Source: Macrostomum lignano (Eukaryota). Taken from it: a stretch of 64,000 nt of DNA. The notes under the pieces are model-generated. The model had not been told where the DNA came from. It made no database searches and saw only the letters and a list, made by a program, of their open reading frames with translations. The position numbers and the translations under genes are program-made. This document shows positions 55,001-64,000 of this stretch, one piece after another. Where the stretch lies: assembly GCA_002269645.1 (NCBI GenBank), contig NIVC01000087.1, forward strand, positions 186,001 to 250,000. Reading direction: 5' to 3'. Numbering within the stretch: position 1 is the stretch's first letter; every line of letters starts with the position of its first letter.

Positions 55001-55118
55001 TTAATTGCTGCGTCAGTTTCTGCACTTCATTGTTGCCTGTCGTCATTAATGGGGCACTGGCTTCCCATTGCATTCCGCAACGCAAAAGGTCTTCTTCGGT
55101 TTCGATATTTTCACGCAA
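52086..55118 (-). CDS. Gag C-terminus (CCHC) - acidic linker - hydrophobic segment - [PR/RT/RNaseH deleted] - integrase
   Basis: CYYCGQEGHYQINC; WLYWIIVILLIAVVAKATA; RNase H tail YKPGITNKAADALSR; HHCC (ELHDNPLAGH...CNNCHSC); SIDITG, TSDNGSQF, MVERFHR; KYKGPHRV. No DTG/DSG protease and no YxDD motif. Confidence 0.9.
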   Translation of the reverse strand: MRENIETEEDLLRCGMQWEASAPLMTTGNNEVQKLTQQLNKLMQHQTAAIAEQKRRNEQASARCYYCGQEGHYQINCPHWSTRYDKPRQIFNNQKPQKPWQQYQNRQQQGMRRLGNDRRFGNNDRSGNDGRFGNEGRFRNNGYRPRNVRYTQRQPTQAMPRYANAITYTPENEQQEQQVFTIDDLEMDFTVPELDISLIEKKTTHEDNTDKTEETNETEMIKLKETTGDSRENRKKVNHKKREEAESDTGNEEKMKTGRENNYESTTVDDDKTSTKDKEMKEEEECISYGNDHDCEVHDDTSGYRAEEGMQEELGAENLSSDSDQGYEIQWKDEEMEEEQIKEKPSSDSDECYEIRYKRNGEAYIQTVDYKTEKRYQTQWSETTETSEEAADEDTEITKKQSESEAFRLKQPMEQPEGYDADMEDNEWRSRPMPAKTTARSKKWKNWLYWIIVILLIAVVAKATATEKPMICPTDAHIQPMIYKIPTDIKCSYFKTNQTKPKKITLQTNNRLIRMTLKIQDYNYKLVYKPGITNKAADALSRAYEVNAIHPIPNIKELVDETERDNFYQAVKDDDKNIKLSPMERKFLRKQRQHLTINKSRLYWMSDNKPKIYVTYSFRQAILNELHDNPLAGHLSAAKTIARVEQYYFWPTMYGDIKQYCNNCHSCAASKTGRRQKPQLQSIPKSTTMDCLSIDITGPLPPSCLQGIAYTYILTALDIFSKFAIAIPIPDITAQTVAMSFFNEIICKYGTPKNLTSDNGSQFTSQLFQQVVRILNITQIYTSTYNPKANMVERFHRNLHDMITHFAHQQPEDWIIYLQSVTMAYNSAIHRSTDNTPFFLMFGRDFQPPNLLAQQLLPSQYVEVPTSIQKFVTQLHLAWKIAKHNIDNQVALTTGNDARSTTLTAGDIVYLHYPPQQTHKHAQKYKGPHRVVQLTSPTTARLANVQDPHQHQFYVHIHRLKKINTDTATFLPTLDNANRTRSTNRHIATKHEETQTTDVSQPHGYNLRPR

Positions 55119-55122
55119 AAGT

Positions 55123-55572
55123 CTATCCGAAGTGACGGCTGTGCGTTTTTATTACGTGCAAGATGAGGTTTTGTTCGCGATCCATCAATCGCTGTCTTTC
55201 TCTGGCGGCCAATTCTGCCGCTCCCAGTGGCGGTTGGTCCGCCGCTTGCAGCGGTGGCTGATGCAGTGCCTTAATTATCTGGCGGATATCGTCCACAAAG
55301 GCGAGGAAGGATTCTGTTGCTTGCATCCTTCTGTTATGTAACTTGTGCAGCAGCACTGATCTGTTTGTGCCGCAACGGTTGAAATGCGCGCGCAGTTGAA
55401 TGATTAGTGCTGGATAATTTTGCTGTGTTGCTGCATCCAGCTTGCCGTAAATTTCTCGCGCAGTACCTTGGAGAAGAGGTGGCAGCAGCTGTGCCTTCTC
55501 TGGATTTTGTAGGTTGTATTCCCTACATACCAGGTCAAAATGGTCGACGAATGTGTTAAAATCTTTCTCCAT
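55123..55572 (-). CDS. Gag N-terminal/capsid region of family A
   Basis: DFNTFVDHFDLVCREYNL...LLPPLLQGTAREIY...; homologous to the gag at 60702-61487. Confidence 0.8.
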   Translation of the reverse strand: MEKDFNTFVDHFDLVCREYNLQNPEKAQLLPPLLQGTAREIYGKLDAATQQNYPALIIQLRAHFNRCGTNRSVLLHKLHNRRMQATESFLAFVDDIRQIIKALHQPPLQAADQPPLGAAELAARERQRLMDREQNLILHVIKTHSRHFG

Positions 55573-56339
55573 CGAGAAAGTACCGACCGTTTCTTTGATG
55601 TCTCTGTGTACCGTTGGATTGCGCCGCCCATGTTGTTGATAGGATAGAACGGTAGTTCAGATCTGGATCGATTTGTAACGGATCGTCCAGTGTGGTGTTT
55701 GCCTCGGAATAAACCTCGACTGTAACGAATTGCCTTGTGGTGTCGATTTGTTATTCGCTGGCCTCGGATGCGGTGTGGCTTGCTGCCACTGGTTGTCCTC
55801 AAATGAACTTGTTCTGTTCGCTTGCTGATTTCGCACTTATGCGGCGTCCCGCAAAGTGTATCTTCAAGTTGGGATGGACTTGTCTTTTGCTTTGCAAAGG
55901 CTTTTTCTCGTCTGTGATTCTCTCTCTTTGTCAATTAACTCCGCTCTTCACGAAGTTTCAATTAATTTCGGTTTGTTTTAGTTTTTGTGCCGGCAAAGTG
56001 TTTCAGTTATTTTTTGTTTGTTTTGCGTCGACGATTTTTATTTTCGGTTTGTTTTCAGTGTACCGATGAATTTAATTTCGGTTTATTTTAAACTCACACT
56101 TGCTCGAGCTCGTCAAAACAAAAATTTAACACGCGTGCTCAAACTGTACTCAAATTGGACAGGTGCTCAAACCTGTACACCAAATTTTTACTCGAGTTTC
56201 ACAACGTACGGACTTAAAAAGTGTTAACTCTAACACGTGCGCGCAAAATTAATGAAGTCGCTCTGTCGTCACGTTACAATAGCTTGATCAGGGCTATTGC
56301 TCAAAGTTTGAGTAGTGCCGAGAGGGCGAGATCACCAAT

Positions 56340-57209
56340 TGATGTGTTCCTTATTACCCGACTTTCGATAATCAAGGAACAATCACTTCTAGCTCAATAG
56401 CTAGGCAACCCAGTAAGTCAATTAAAGGTACTTCTTACCTTGACGTCGCTTGCAGATATCTCTTCTGTAGTCTTCGAGTAGATCTCGCTTGGATCTCTAT
56501 GTGATCTCGTAGATCAGGCGCCTTGATTCTTCAGTTGCTCTGGTCCTGGTTCCTCTTGTACTTCCGATAAGTTCCTCCGGCCGGTATCTTCAGTCAGGAC
56601 CAATCAGAGGCCTCGTATTAACAATGGGTACCCTGCGCCGAACTGCGGTTTGAATTAAGCCTCCTTCTTCTAGTAGTGCCTCGATGCACTCTAGGTATAG
56701 CTCCGGAAACCACTGATAGTCCTCTAAGATCTATCAGGGGCAGTCCTTCTGGAGACTGCAACCAATGGAGTCTAAACAGACTCAAGAGTCTCAACAGACT
56801 CAAATAGACTCAAGTCTCAATAGACTTGAGCGAGACGTCTCTAACACAACGGGCGCAAATAAGGAAGGCTTACCGCAACAACTCGACCGAGTCTCGATTG
56901 ACTTGGTGATCAGGAAGTCCTCCTAAGGCTTCCTCTACGGAGCTTCTCCTCTCGTCGGGAGTTGGCTCCTGGTCCGCTTCGGACCGCTTGTATTTATAGG
57001 CAAGTTTTTGGTCCGGAATAGTATTATGACAATCCACGTGTTGCGCTAAAAGGGGAAATGGCTCATTGCGTATCATTTTGGTAACATCTTCTTCTGGTAG
57101 CGCAATTCATTCAAAGCTTAGGCGCGCATGCGTGTACTTACTTACTTGTAGTAGCATTATACGATTATCTTCTTTTAACCTTTTTTAACGGGAGGTAGAA
57201 CACTCTACA
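56340..57209 (-). repeat. Family-A 5' LTR (TATA at about 56991-56998, splice donor at 56438)
   Basis: Followed on the minus strand by AT plus a TGG-starting PBS. Confidence 0.95.
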
Positions 57210-57482
57210 GCGGTTCAGGTAGGACTCAGCAATGGTGAAGGTGAAGTCGGCTACGACATCGAAGCGTCCGTCACAATTGAAGAGATCATAAAGTAGAGAA
57301 TCAGGAATAGCAGGCTTAACAGTGCGAGGACACGGAAAGGGCGAAAGATAGGAGGGGTGATAATAAATGAAGTTACGACGATGTGGGCAATAGTACGTTT
57401 CACACAGGTAGTTGAATAACGGAGTATCATCAAAAGCAGTAAGGCCCTGGATGGCGATGCGCATTTGCCTGAATATGTTCAT
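57210..57482 (-). CDS. 5' part (91 codons) of orphan ORF C, interrupted by the 48297-57209 insertion
   Basis: Joins in frame to 48292 when the insertion and one TSD copy are removed. Confidence 0.7.
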
Positions 57483-57751
57483 GTTTAAATTAGAGTAAAC
57501 GATTAAAAGTATTTACTGTATTATGAAGTTTCCGAGACGTCAAAAGCTGGATGTGCGGAGTGTCGGTCCTGCAAGTAGTTTCGATGACGCTGAAGAAATG
57601 ATTAACCAAATGATGCTGAATTCTGTAGAATTTGTAATAGTGCAAAGAGTGCCAGTAGGATAATGCAGAGGATGATATAGTCGGGAAGGAGTTGGGGGCA
57701 GTGTTGGAAGCGTGTTCATTGGTTAGTTAGGGAATTCTGAACTATGCCTGA

Positions 57752-57986
57752 TGATGTGTTCCTTATTACCCGACTTCGATAATCAAGGAACAATAACTTC
57801 TAGCTCAGTAGCTAGGCAACCCAGAAGGTATTCATTTACCTTGAGTCCTTATGAAGTGTCTCTTCAATGTCGATCTCGGGTAAATCTCGTCTGTAGTCTC
57901 TTGTGACTGTCGTTCGTAGTTCAGGTCCGAGTCTTCTTTCCTTCTTCAAATAGTTCCAGCCGGATTCTGTTGCTCGGACCAATGGG
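57752..57986 (-). mobile_element. Truncated family-A LTR (U5 end)
   Basis: Homologous to the first ~235 bp of the other copies. Confidence 0.85.
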
Positions 57987-58654
57987 TGCGAACGGTTGGA
58001 CTGGCTTCCCCCTCCCCTCCCATTTGAGCATTCGAGACTGTCGTTATCATATTCGAAAAATGAATCGTAAATCACGAGCTCTCAAATTTAAATTCAGAAT
58101 TCAAATCGGTTCCAAGTTTTGTCCAGTGCACTGAGACGTGATTCAAGTTGCTTCAAATTCAAAGGATCCATGAAAGTCAATTCATTTTCGTTCCGGAACA
58201 ATTACAATTTCAACTCAATTCAAGAAACGTCGTCGAACGTATGATATCGAGTTCTTATTCTCAAGCCTCAGAGCTTCAATGCAGAAATTCAATTCAGTTA
58301 TTCGGATCCTCAATTGTTCAAGCTTCCAAGCTTCGATTTTTCAAAGACCGCGGCATCATCAATTGTTCAAGTTTATTTAATGTTGGACGCTTCTTTCTTC
58401 ACTGCTTTTCCATAGAATAGCAAAGTCTACTCTGGATTTCCTCAAGTAAACTTGAAACTCTCCAAAGTGACTTAGCTATTCGATTTCCTCCTCGGTTTTT
58501 TCCCAGTGTGTGGCCACATCTAGAAAACTGGCTTATCTCAGATTTTCTGCGCCGTTAAGCGCCCGAAAGAAAGAACGAAAACGTAAAAAACCTGACGAGC
58601 TATTCAAGCAAAGTCACTACAGCAAACATTAATCAAAATCTGGAGCCACCAATT

Positions 58655-59674
58655 TGTTGCTGTCAGAAAACTTTTTCGCTTATTAGACAGGCTGCTTGCC
58701 TGACCATTCATTATCTTCCTTGATTAAAGCCCAAGATTGGCTGTTTGCCGAGCCTGCGTGCTTCATCCGGAAAACCTTTTTGCTTATTTTTGCAGACCGC
58801 TTGTCTAGCCTTCCATCATTTTTTCTTGATTAGAGCCCAAAACTTACTGTTTGCAGACTCCATGAGCCCCATCCATCAAATCCTTATTCACCCAAGTTTT
58901 TTTTCGGATTGCTGATTCTGGCGGTTGCCCTTCATAGATCATTTTGATTTAGAGATTAGGGTGCTTGGGAATTTTTTGTGTGTTTAATCAACTTCAGTGC
59001 CCTCCAAAAAATCCTTATCTTAAACAAGCTGCCCAAGTCAGACTTCGCGCGCATACTTAATTTCCCAGAGAGACCTCTTTTCTTGATTAGAACCATCACT
59101 CAACTTCATCTCCCACGAGAAAATCTTTTCCGTAATCAAACTGTCCAGGCCAGCCTTATCCTGCCACCCCATCTCCGGTCCAGCGACCTTTTCGCAATAT
59201 CTGACAACTAGTTTCCCCAGGAATTTTTTCCTAGCCATTTCCCGTTTTGCATGATGGATTAAGATCAAAATAACTTCCACTTTTCTCCCATCTCCCTATT
59301 GCCAAAGGCAATAGATGTTCAGTGTTCCATACAGCTTCTGCCCTACTAATTTTGTTAGTCATCTTGTTCCCGGTCTTACAAAAACTACTTTTAGTACTAT
59401 CTATTCCTCGGTTTGCTAAAATATAACTTTGCCCATATTTCCCCTTTTCTTAAAAGCAGCCTGCGTTGATTTAAATAGTTAAACAGGTTAGTTTAGTTAT
59501 GTATTTTACAAACATCTATACACAAAAAGGGTAATCGCAACAACAACAATATAAATATATGTACACTAATAAGTAATTCAATTATCGTTTGCATATCTAC
59601 AAAAAGCTATACAAAAAATACAAAAAAGGGAAAATTAAATTCAAGTTACCCCACCTTCAGTCCCTTCAATTACA
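58655..59674 (-). mobile_element. Candidate LTR of a second family
   Basis: Minus strand TGTAATTG...CAACA followed by AAT and a PBS-like TGGTGGCTCCAGA; single copy, so the boundaries are unconfirmed. Confidence 0.35.
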
Positions 59675-59947
59675 TTAAACTAGAATAAAGTTACCCCAGC
59701 GTCGTCCCGCTACAATCTCCTCGACTTGCCGGAGTTCCTGCCACCATTCGAGGTGGCGCTCACACCACTTGCGAACAGGTATGACCAGCCGCCCGAACAG
59801 TGACAGCAGTTGAAGGCCCCGCCGTCTGCCCCGCTTTGTGTCTCGTGGCCAGCCGTCTTGTAATAGAATTTCCAGCTGCCACAGCCGTCGACAAATCCAC
59901 CACCACCGCTCAGCCGTTTCCTTCGTCCTCTCCAGTTGCGCTTCCAT
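59675..59947 (-). CDS. Trp/Arg-rich orphan ORF (90 aa)
   Basis: ATG-initiated; the stop abuts the candidate LTR; no recognisable domain. Confidence 0.3.
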   Translation of the reverse strand: MEAQLERTKETAERWWWICRRLWQLEILLQDGWPRDTKRGRRRGLQLLSLFGRLVIPVRKWCERHLEWWQELRQVEEIVAGRRWGNFILV

Positions 59948-60021
59948 AGTAACTCCTCGGACGGTAGCAGATTAGTAATAGTTGGATGGTTAAAATCGCG
60001 TAGGCATAGAAAGCTTTAGCC

Positions 60022-60681
60022 TGATGTGTTCCTTATTACCAGTCCTTTGATAATCGAGGAACAATCACTTCTAGCTCGGTAGCTAGGCAACCCAGTTATC
60101 AGACAAAGGTACTTCTTACCTTGACTTGCTTCTTCTTCGGAGTACTCCTTGAATTTCTGTAGATCTCGCTTTGATCTCTGTGTGATCTCTTAGATCGGGC
60201 GCCTTAGTTCCTCTACTGCTTCTGGTCCTGGTTCCTTTGTATTTCGCTTGTCGTTACTTCCGGCCGGTATCTGCAGTCAGGACCAATCAAAGGCTTCGTA
60301 TCAACAATGGGTACCCTGCGCCTAATAGCGGTATCAGTTAAGCCTTCTTCTAGCAGTGCCTTGATGCACTCTAGGTAATGCTCCGGATATCTCTAGTAGC
60401 TCCTCTAAGATCTGCTAGGGTAGTCCTTCGGGCGACTACTGCCAAGGGAGTCTAAACAGACTCAAGAGTCTCCACAGACTCAAATAGACTCAAGACACAA
60501 TAAACTTGAGCGAGACGTCTCAACAACAACTGGCGCATATAAGAAAGGCTTACCGCAACACTTGATCAAGTCTTTCGTTCGACTGGTGAATCAGGGAGTC
60601 TTCCTAAAGACACCCTCTTCGGAGCTTCTCCTATCGTCGGGAGTTGGCTCCGGTGCCGCGTTGGGCCTCTTGTATTTATAG
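60022..60681 (-). mobile_element. Diverged family-A LTR, truncated just beyond the TATA box
   Basis: TGATGTGTTCCTTATTACC start, homologous blocks, ends at TGTATTTATAG. Confidence 0.85.
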
Positions 60682-61487
60682 ACTTCTTCACCCTGACTCA
60701 CTTGAAAGGCATCGACCAACTGCATGACTTCCGTTCCTTCACTAAAGAGTTCGACTTGATCACACGCTCGTTTGGACTATCGGAGAACGCAAAGATTCGG
60801 CTCTTCCCGCGACTACTGAACGACCTTCTTAAACTCGAGTACAGCCGCCTTTCTGCCGCGGTCCAAGCCTCCTATCCAGCCACCATTGAGGCACTATCTC
60901 AACGCCTTCGAGAAGTAACCATTGGTTCGGCTCTAACGCTGCATAATGCAGCAACCCGGAAGCAGCAGTACCGCGAACCGTTCCTGCCCTACTTCACCGA
61001 CATCCGTCAAAAGCTCCGGTCAGCTATGCCGGAAATACCTGAAGAATTTCCGGAGGGTGCCGGTCCAGAAACACCACCCGCGAACCAAGCCGTAATCGAC
61101 CAGCGCAACCGAGACTTCCTTGCTACCCTAATGGCTACGACTATCAACAATGCACTGCCCTACATCAAACGAGAACTCTTAAAGCAAAATATCACCACGG
61201 AAAGTACTCTAATTAACAAGGCCATCCGCGCTGAACAAATCCGCGACTCCACCATGGACTCTGATGGCACTGACTTGAAGGCTCTGACTGAGCGCCTAAC
61301 AACCCTAGAGAAAACGACGAAGGAAGCCAATCAACAGGTAGTTGCCTCTCTGCAAACACAAACCAAGCCACTCACTGCTAATATGCAACAAAAGCCGACT
61401 TGTTGTCATTGCGGTCGACCTGGACATTATGCCGCCGACTGTCGTCGAAGGAATGACCAACAACCTCGTCCTTTCCGACCTAACTAA
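60682..61487 (+). CDS. 5'-truncated Gypsy gag (capsid-like + CCHC), opposite orientation
   Basis: DFRSFTKEFDLITRSFGL...; CCHCGRPGHYAADC; homologous to the family-A gag. Confidence 0.8.
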
Positions 61488-61559
61488 GGCGATCGAAGAA
61501 AAGCAGCCCAATATGGCTCTGACGTCCCGCGGAGTCGTTAGACCAGCAGGGACCGCCAC

Positions 61560-64000
61560 TTGACTTACTTGACTTAGCTGCAGGGCGGTCCGAAGACGCA
61601 GCGGGGAGGCGAGCGTCGCCCATTCCGCTAATCCCTGAAAGACCCGCATAGGCTAGGGCGCGGGGCCGGTCAGGGAGGTCTGCCGGTCCTGTCTGCAGCG
61701 TTGTCTTCGGTGGGGAAGACGGAGGCTCGCTTGGTGGCCCGGAGGAACCGGATGAGCCGTGGATGTTCTCGGGCCGGCAAACGTCGTCCAGGGACGGGTT
61801 GGGCCCGAGGTGGTTGAGCCGGTCTCGGTTGAAGGCCGGGCAGTAGCAGACGAAGTGCTTGGCGTCTTCGTTCTCGAGGTTGCAGAAAGGGCAGAGTTCA
61901 CTCCGGCGAACACATCGGAGGAAGCAGTGCCTGGCAAAGCAACCGTGACCTGTGAAGGTCATAGTGAGAGCGCGGATATCTTTTCGATTTTGATTCAAAA
62001 GGATTCTCCGCAGCTTGAGGGACGGATTGGGCACTGCCGCACGAGATTGGCGGCAGTTGGAGATGCCATCCCATCTGCGCAAGTGCAGGATGTCCGCCCA
62101 GTCGTTAATCTGACGATTAATGACTGGCGGGGATGGGGGCCAGGGGCACGGGGCCAAGGAGCGAGCCGGAACAGCCCGCCTTAGCGAGGGAGTCGGCGAG
62201 CTCGTTACCTTTGAAGCCGGCATGTCCTGGGATCCACGTGAGCCGGACGGTGTTCCTCCGAGCCAGCTTGTTGAGCTGCCCGATACAGTCGCGGACTGTT
62301 CGGGAGTTCGTAGTGGTGTGACACAGGGCCTATAAAGCGGCCTGGCTGTCAGAGTGGAAGAAGATTCTTCTGTCCTTGAAGTCCTTGCAGTGGAGCTCAG
62401 CTGCACAGGAGCTGATGGCAAGGACTTCATTCTGGAAGACGCTGGAGAGTCTGCCAGTGTGTTGGGCGTGAGTAGCAATCACGCGGCCGTTGATAAGGAT
62501 ACAGACTCCAAAGCCGGATAAACCGTCTTTGGAGGATCCGTCAGTGAAGCAGTGAACCTCCTGAGGGGCCCAGCTGTCGTTGGCGTTCTCCCTGGAGGGG
62601 ATAGTGACCTTGAAGCGTTGGTAGAGATTGAGGGAGCGCGGTTCAGCGTCCGAAAGGACAGCCGCACTCCCACTCTCCTCCAGAACTTTAAGGCACAGGT
62701 CAGAGTGCGGCAGGAGCTTGCGCTTCGCCATCGCTCTTTGTGGCTTGAAGCTAGCGCCAGCCTCGATGAGCCGGCGGGTGGTTTTAGCAGCCTCGCGACG
62801 GACAAAGATGTCCAGAGGCGGGAGGCAAAGAAAGGCGTTGAGGCCGTCAAAGGGAGCAGAGAGCGGGGCATTCAGGATCATGCGGCACGCACGTCCCTGC
62901 ACCTTTTTGAGGGCTTCGTGGCAGGTTTTAATCTGCAAGGCGCTGGTCCAGACCAGGCCGGCGTAAGTAACGGCCGGTCGGACCATTGCGGTATAGATCC
63001 ACCAGAGCCGCTTTGGGGTGAGGCCCCAGGTGGTGCCGACGGCTCTGCGCAGCTGCGCAAGAATCGCGAGGGCTTTTTTGGTTTTGGCCTGGACGTGGGT
63101 GGACCAGCTCAGCCGGTGGTCCAGCGTAACGCCGAGACACTTGGTTTGCTTGCAGGATGGAATTTCCACCCCGTAAAGCTTTAGTGGGCGAATACGCCAG
63201 TTTACCCTGCTGGTGAACATGATCGCGACAGTTTTGGTCTCGGAGAGCCTGAGGCCGCACCTGTCCGCCCAACGTTCAGCAGAGCGAATGAAGTTTTGCA
63301 AAAGATCTCTAAGGGTTTCAGGTGACGGTCCGGATGCCACGGCTGTGACATCATCGGCGTAACCGACCTTGAGGATGGGGTCAAGATGGCTGTCCTGGAG
63401 GAGCTCATCGATGACCATGTTCCAGAGAACTGGAGAGAGGACACCGCCCTGGGGGCTGCCTTTGCAGACGGTTACCGTCCGTTGGTGGCCCAACAGGTGT
63501 GCGGTGGCAGTACGGTGGCTGATCATATACATGATCCACCGGGTGAGGTGCGAGTGGGTTCCTCTAGCACGTAGAGCTCTGTCAAAAGCCTCAAAGAGGA
63601 CATTATCAAAGGCTCCAACAATGTCGAGGAAGACAGCGAGAGCGTAGCCATTACCAAGAACGGCTTTCTCCAGCATGTCAACCAGAACGTGAAGCGCGCT
63701 CTCCGTGGACCTGCCTGCCCGAAAGGCATGCTGGTTCTCACTGAGCGGCTTGTTCTTCAGTTCCACAGAGAGGAGGCGCCAGAGCACCAGTCTCTCTAAC
63801 AGCTTCACCAATGAGGAGGTGAGGCTAATTGGTCTGAAGGATTTAATGGACCGGTAGTCCGGTCGGCCAGGCTTGGGGATAAAGACCACCTTGGCCTCGG
63901 TCCAGGGTTTCGGAACAAAGCCGAGAACAATGCAAGCTTTCAGAAGCCGGCAAAGGTTCCGCAGGAAACCGGTGCATTTCACCGCCTCCCGCAGGAAGGC
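61560..64000 (-). mobile_element. Non-LTR retrotransposon with RT + RNase H + C-terminal zinc finger (Loa/Lian-like), continues beyond the window
   Basis: RPISLTSSLVKLLERL, FLDIVGAFDNV, GSPQGGVLSPVLW, YADD, CLGVTLD; RNase H FTDGS...QNEVLAI...SDSQAAL; CPFCNLENEDAKHFVCYC; short-repeat 3' tail near 61560-61578. Confidence 0.92.

Larger units (their letters stand above)
48297..57209 (-). mobile_element. Compound Ty3/Gypsy element of family A (three LTRs) carrying double-RING accessory genes; non-autonomous
   Basis: Near-identical 870-bp outer LTRs (48297-49166 and 56340-57209) and an inner LTR (49511-50363). PBS TGGTGATCTCG at about 56320-56337; PPT AAAAAAGGGAGA; flanks GTGG/GCGG (4-bp TSD, one mismatch). 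Confidence 0.9.

Noticed and set aside
62552-63647. Plus-strand ORFs over the right-hand LINE, and similar ORFs antisense to Gypsy pol and RTE
   Set aside because: Shadow frames of GC-rich coding sequence on the opposite strand.

Overview
Repeat-rich eukaryotic (animal) genomic DNA; the host species cannot be fixed from sequence alone. The only clear host gene is a six-exon ribosomal protein S6 kinase (p70-S6K/RPS6KB-like, minus strand, 13261-29779, about 550 aa), whose introns are inflated by several unrelated minisatellites. The left part holds a young Ty3/Gypsy element (3487-8122, GGTAG target duplication) inserted into a Penelope relic, plus tRNA-derived SINEs, a Tc1 relic and MITEs. An RTE-like LINE (33.9-36.8 kb) and an RNase-H-bearing LINE (61.5-64 kb) are also present. 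The most unusual region is 39.9-61.5 kb, a self-nested cluster of one LTR family (three partial and five full or variant LTR copies, all in the same orientation). Between pol and the 3' LTR its internal region carries two paralogous accessory genes, each with two tandem RING-type (C3HC4, C-x3-H) zinc fingers. One starts with an N-myristoylation motif (MGNALSK). The other sits directly behind a conserved 3' splice site (CCCACAG|ATG) that could pair with a splice donor conserved in every LTR copy spanning that part. The polyprotein has a signal/TM-like segment between gag and pol and an in-frame deletion that removes protease and RT but keeps integrase. Removing the 8.9-kb compound insertion rejoins an orphan ORF of about 300 aa in frame.
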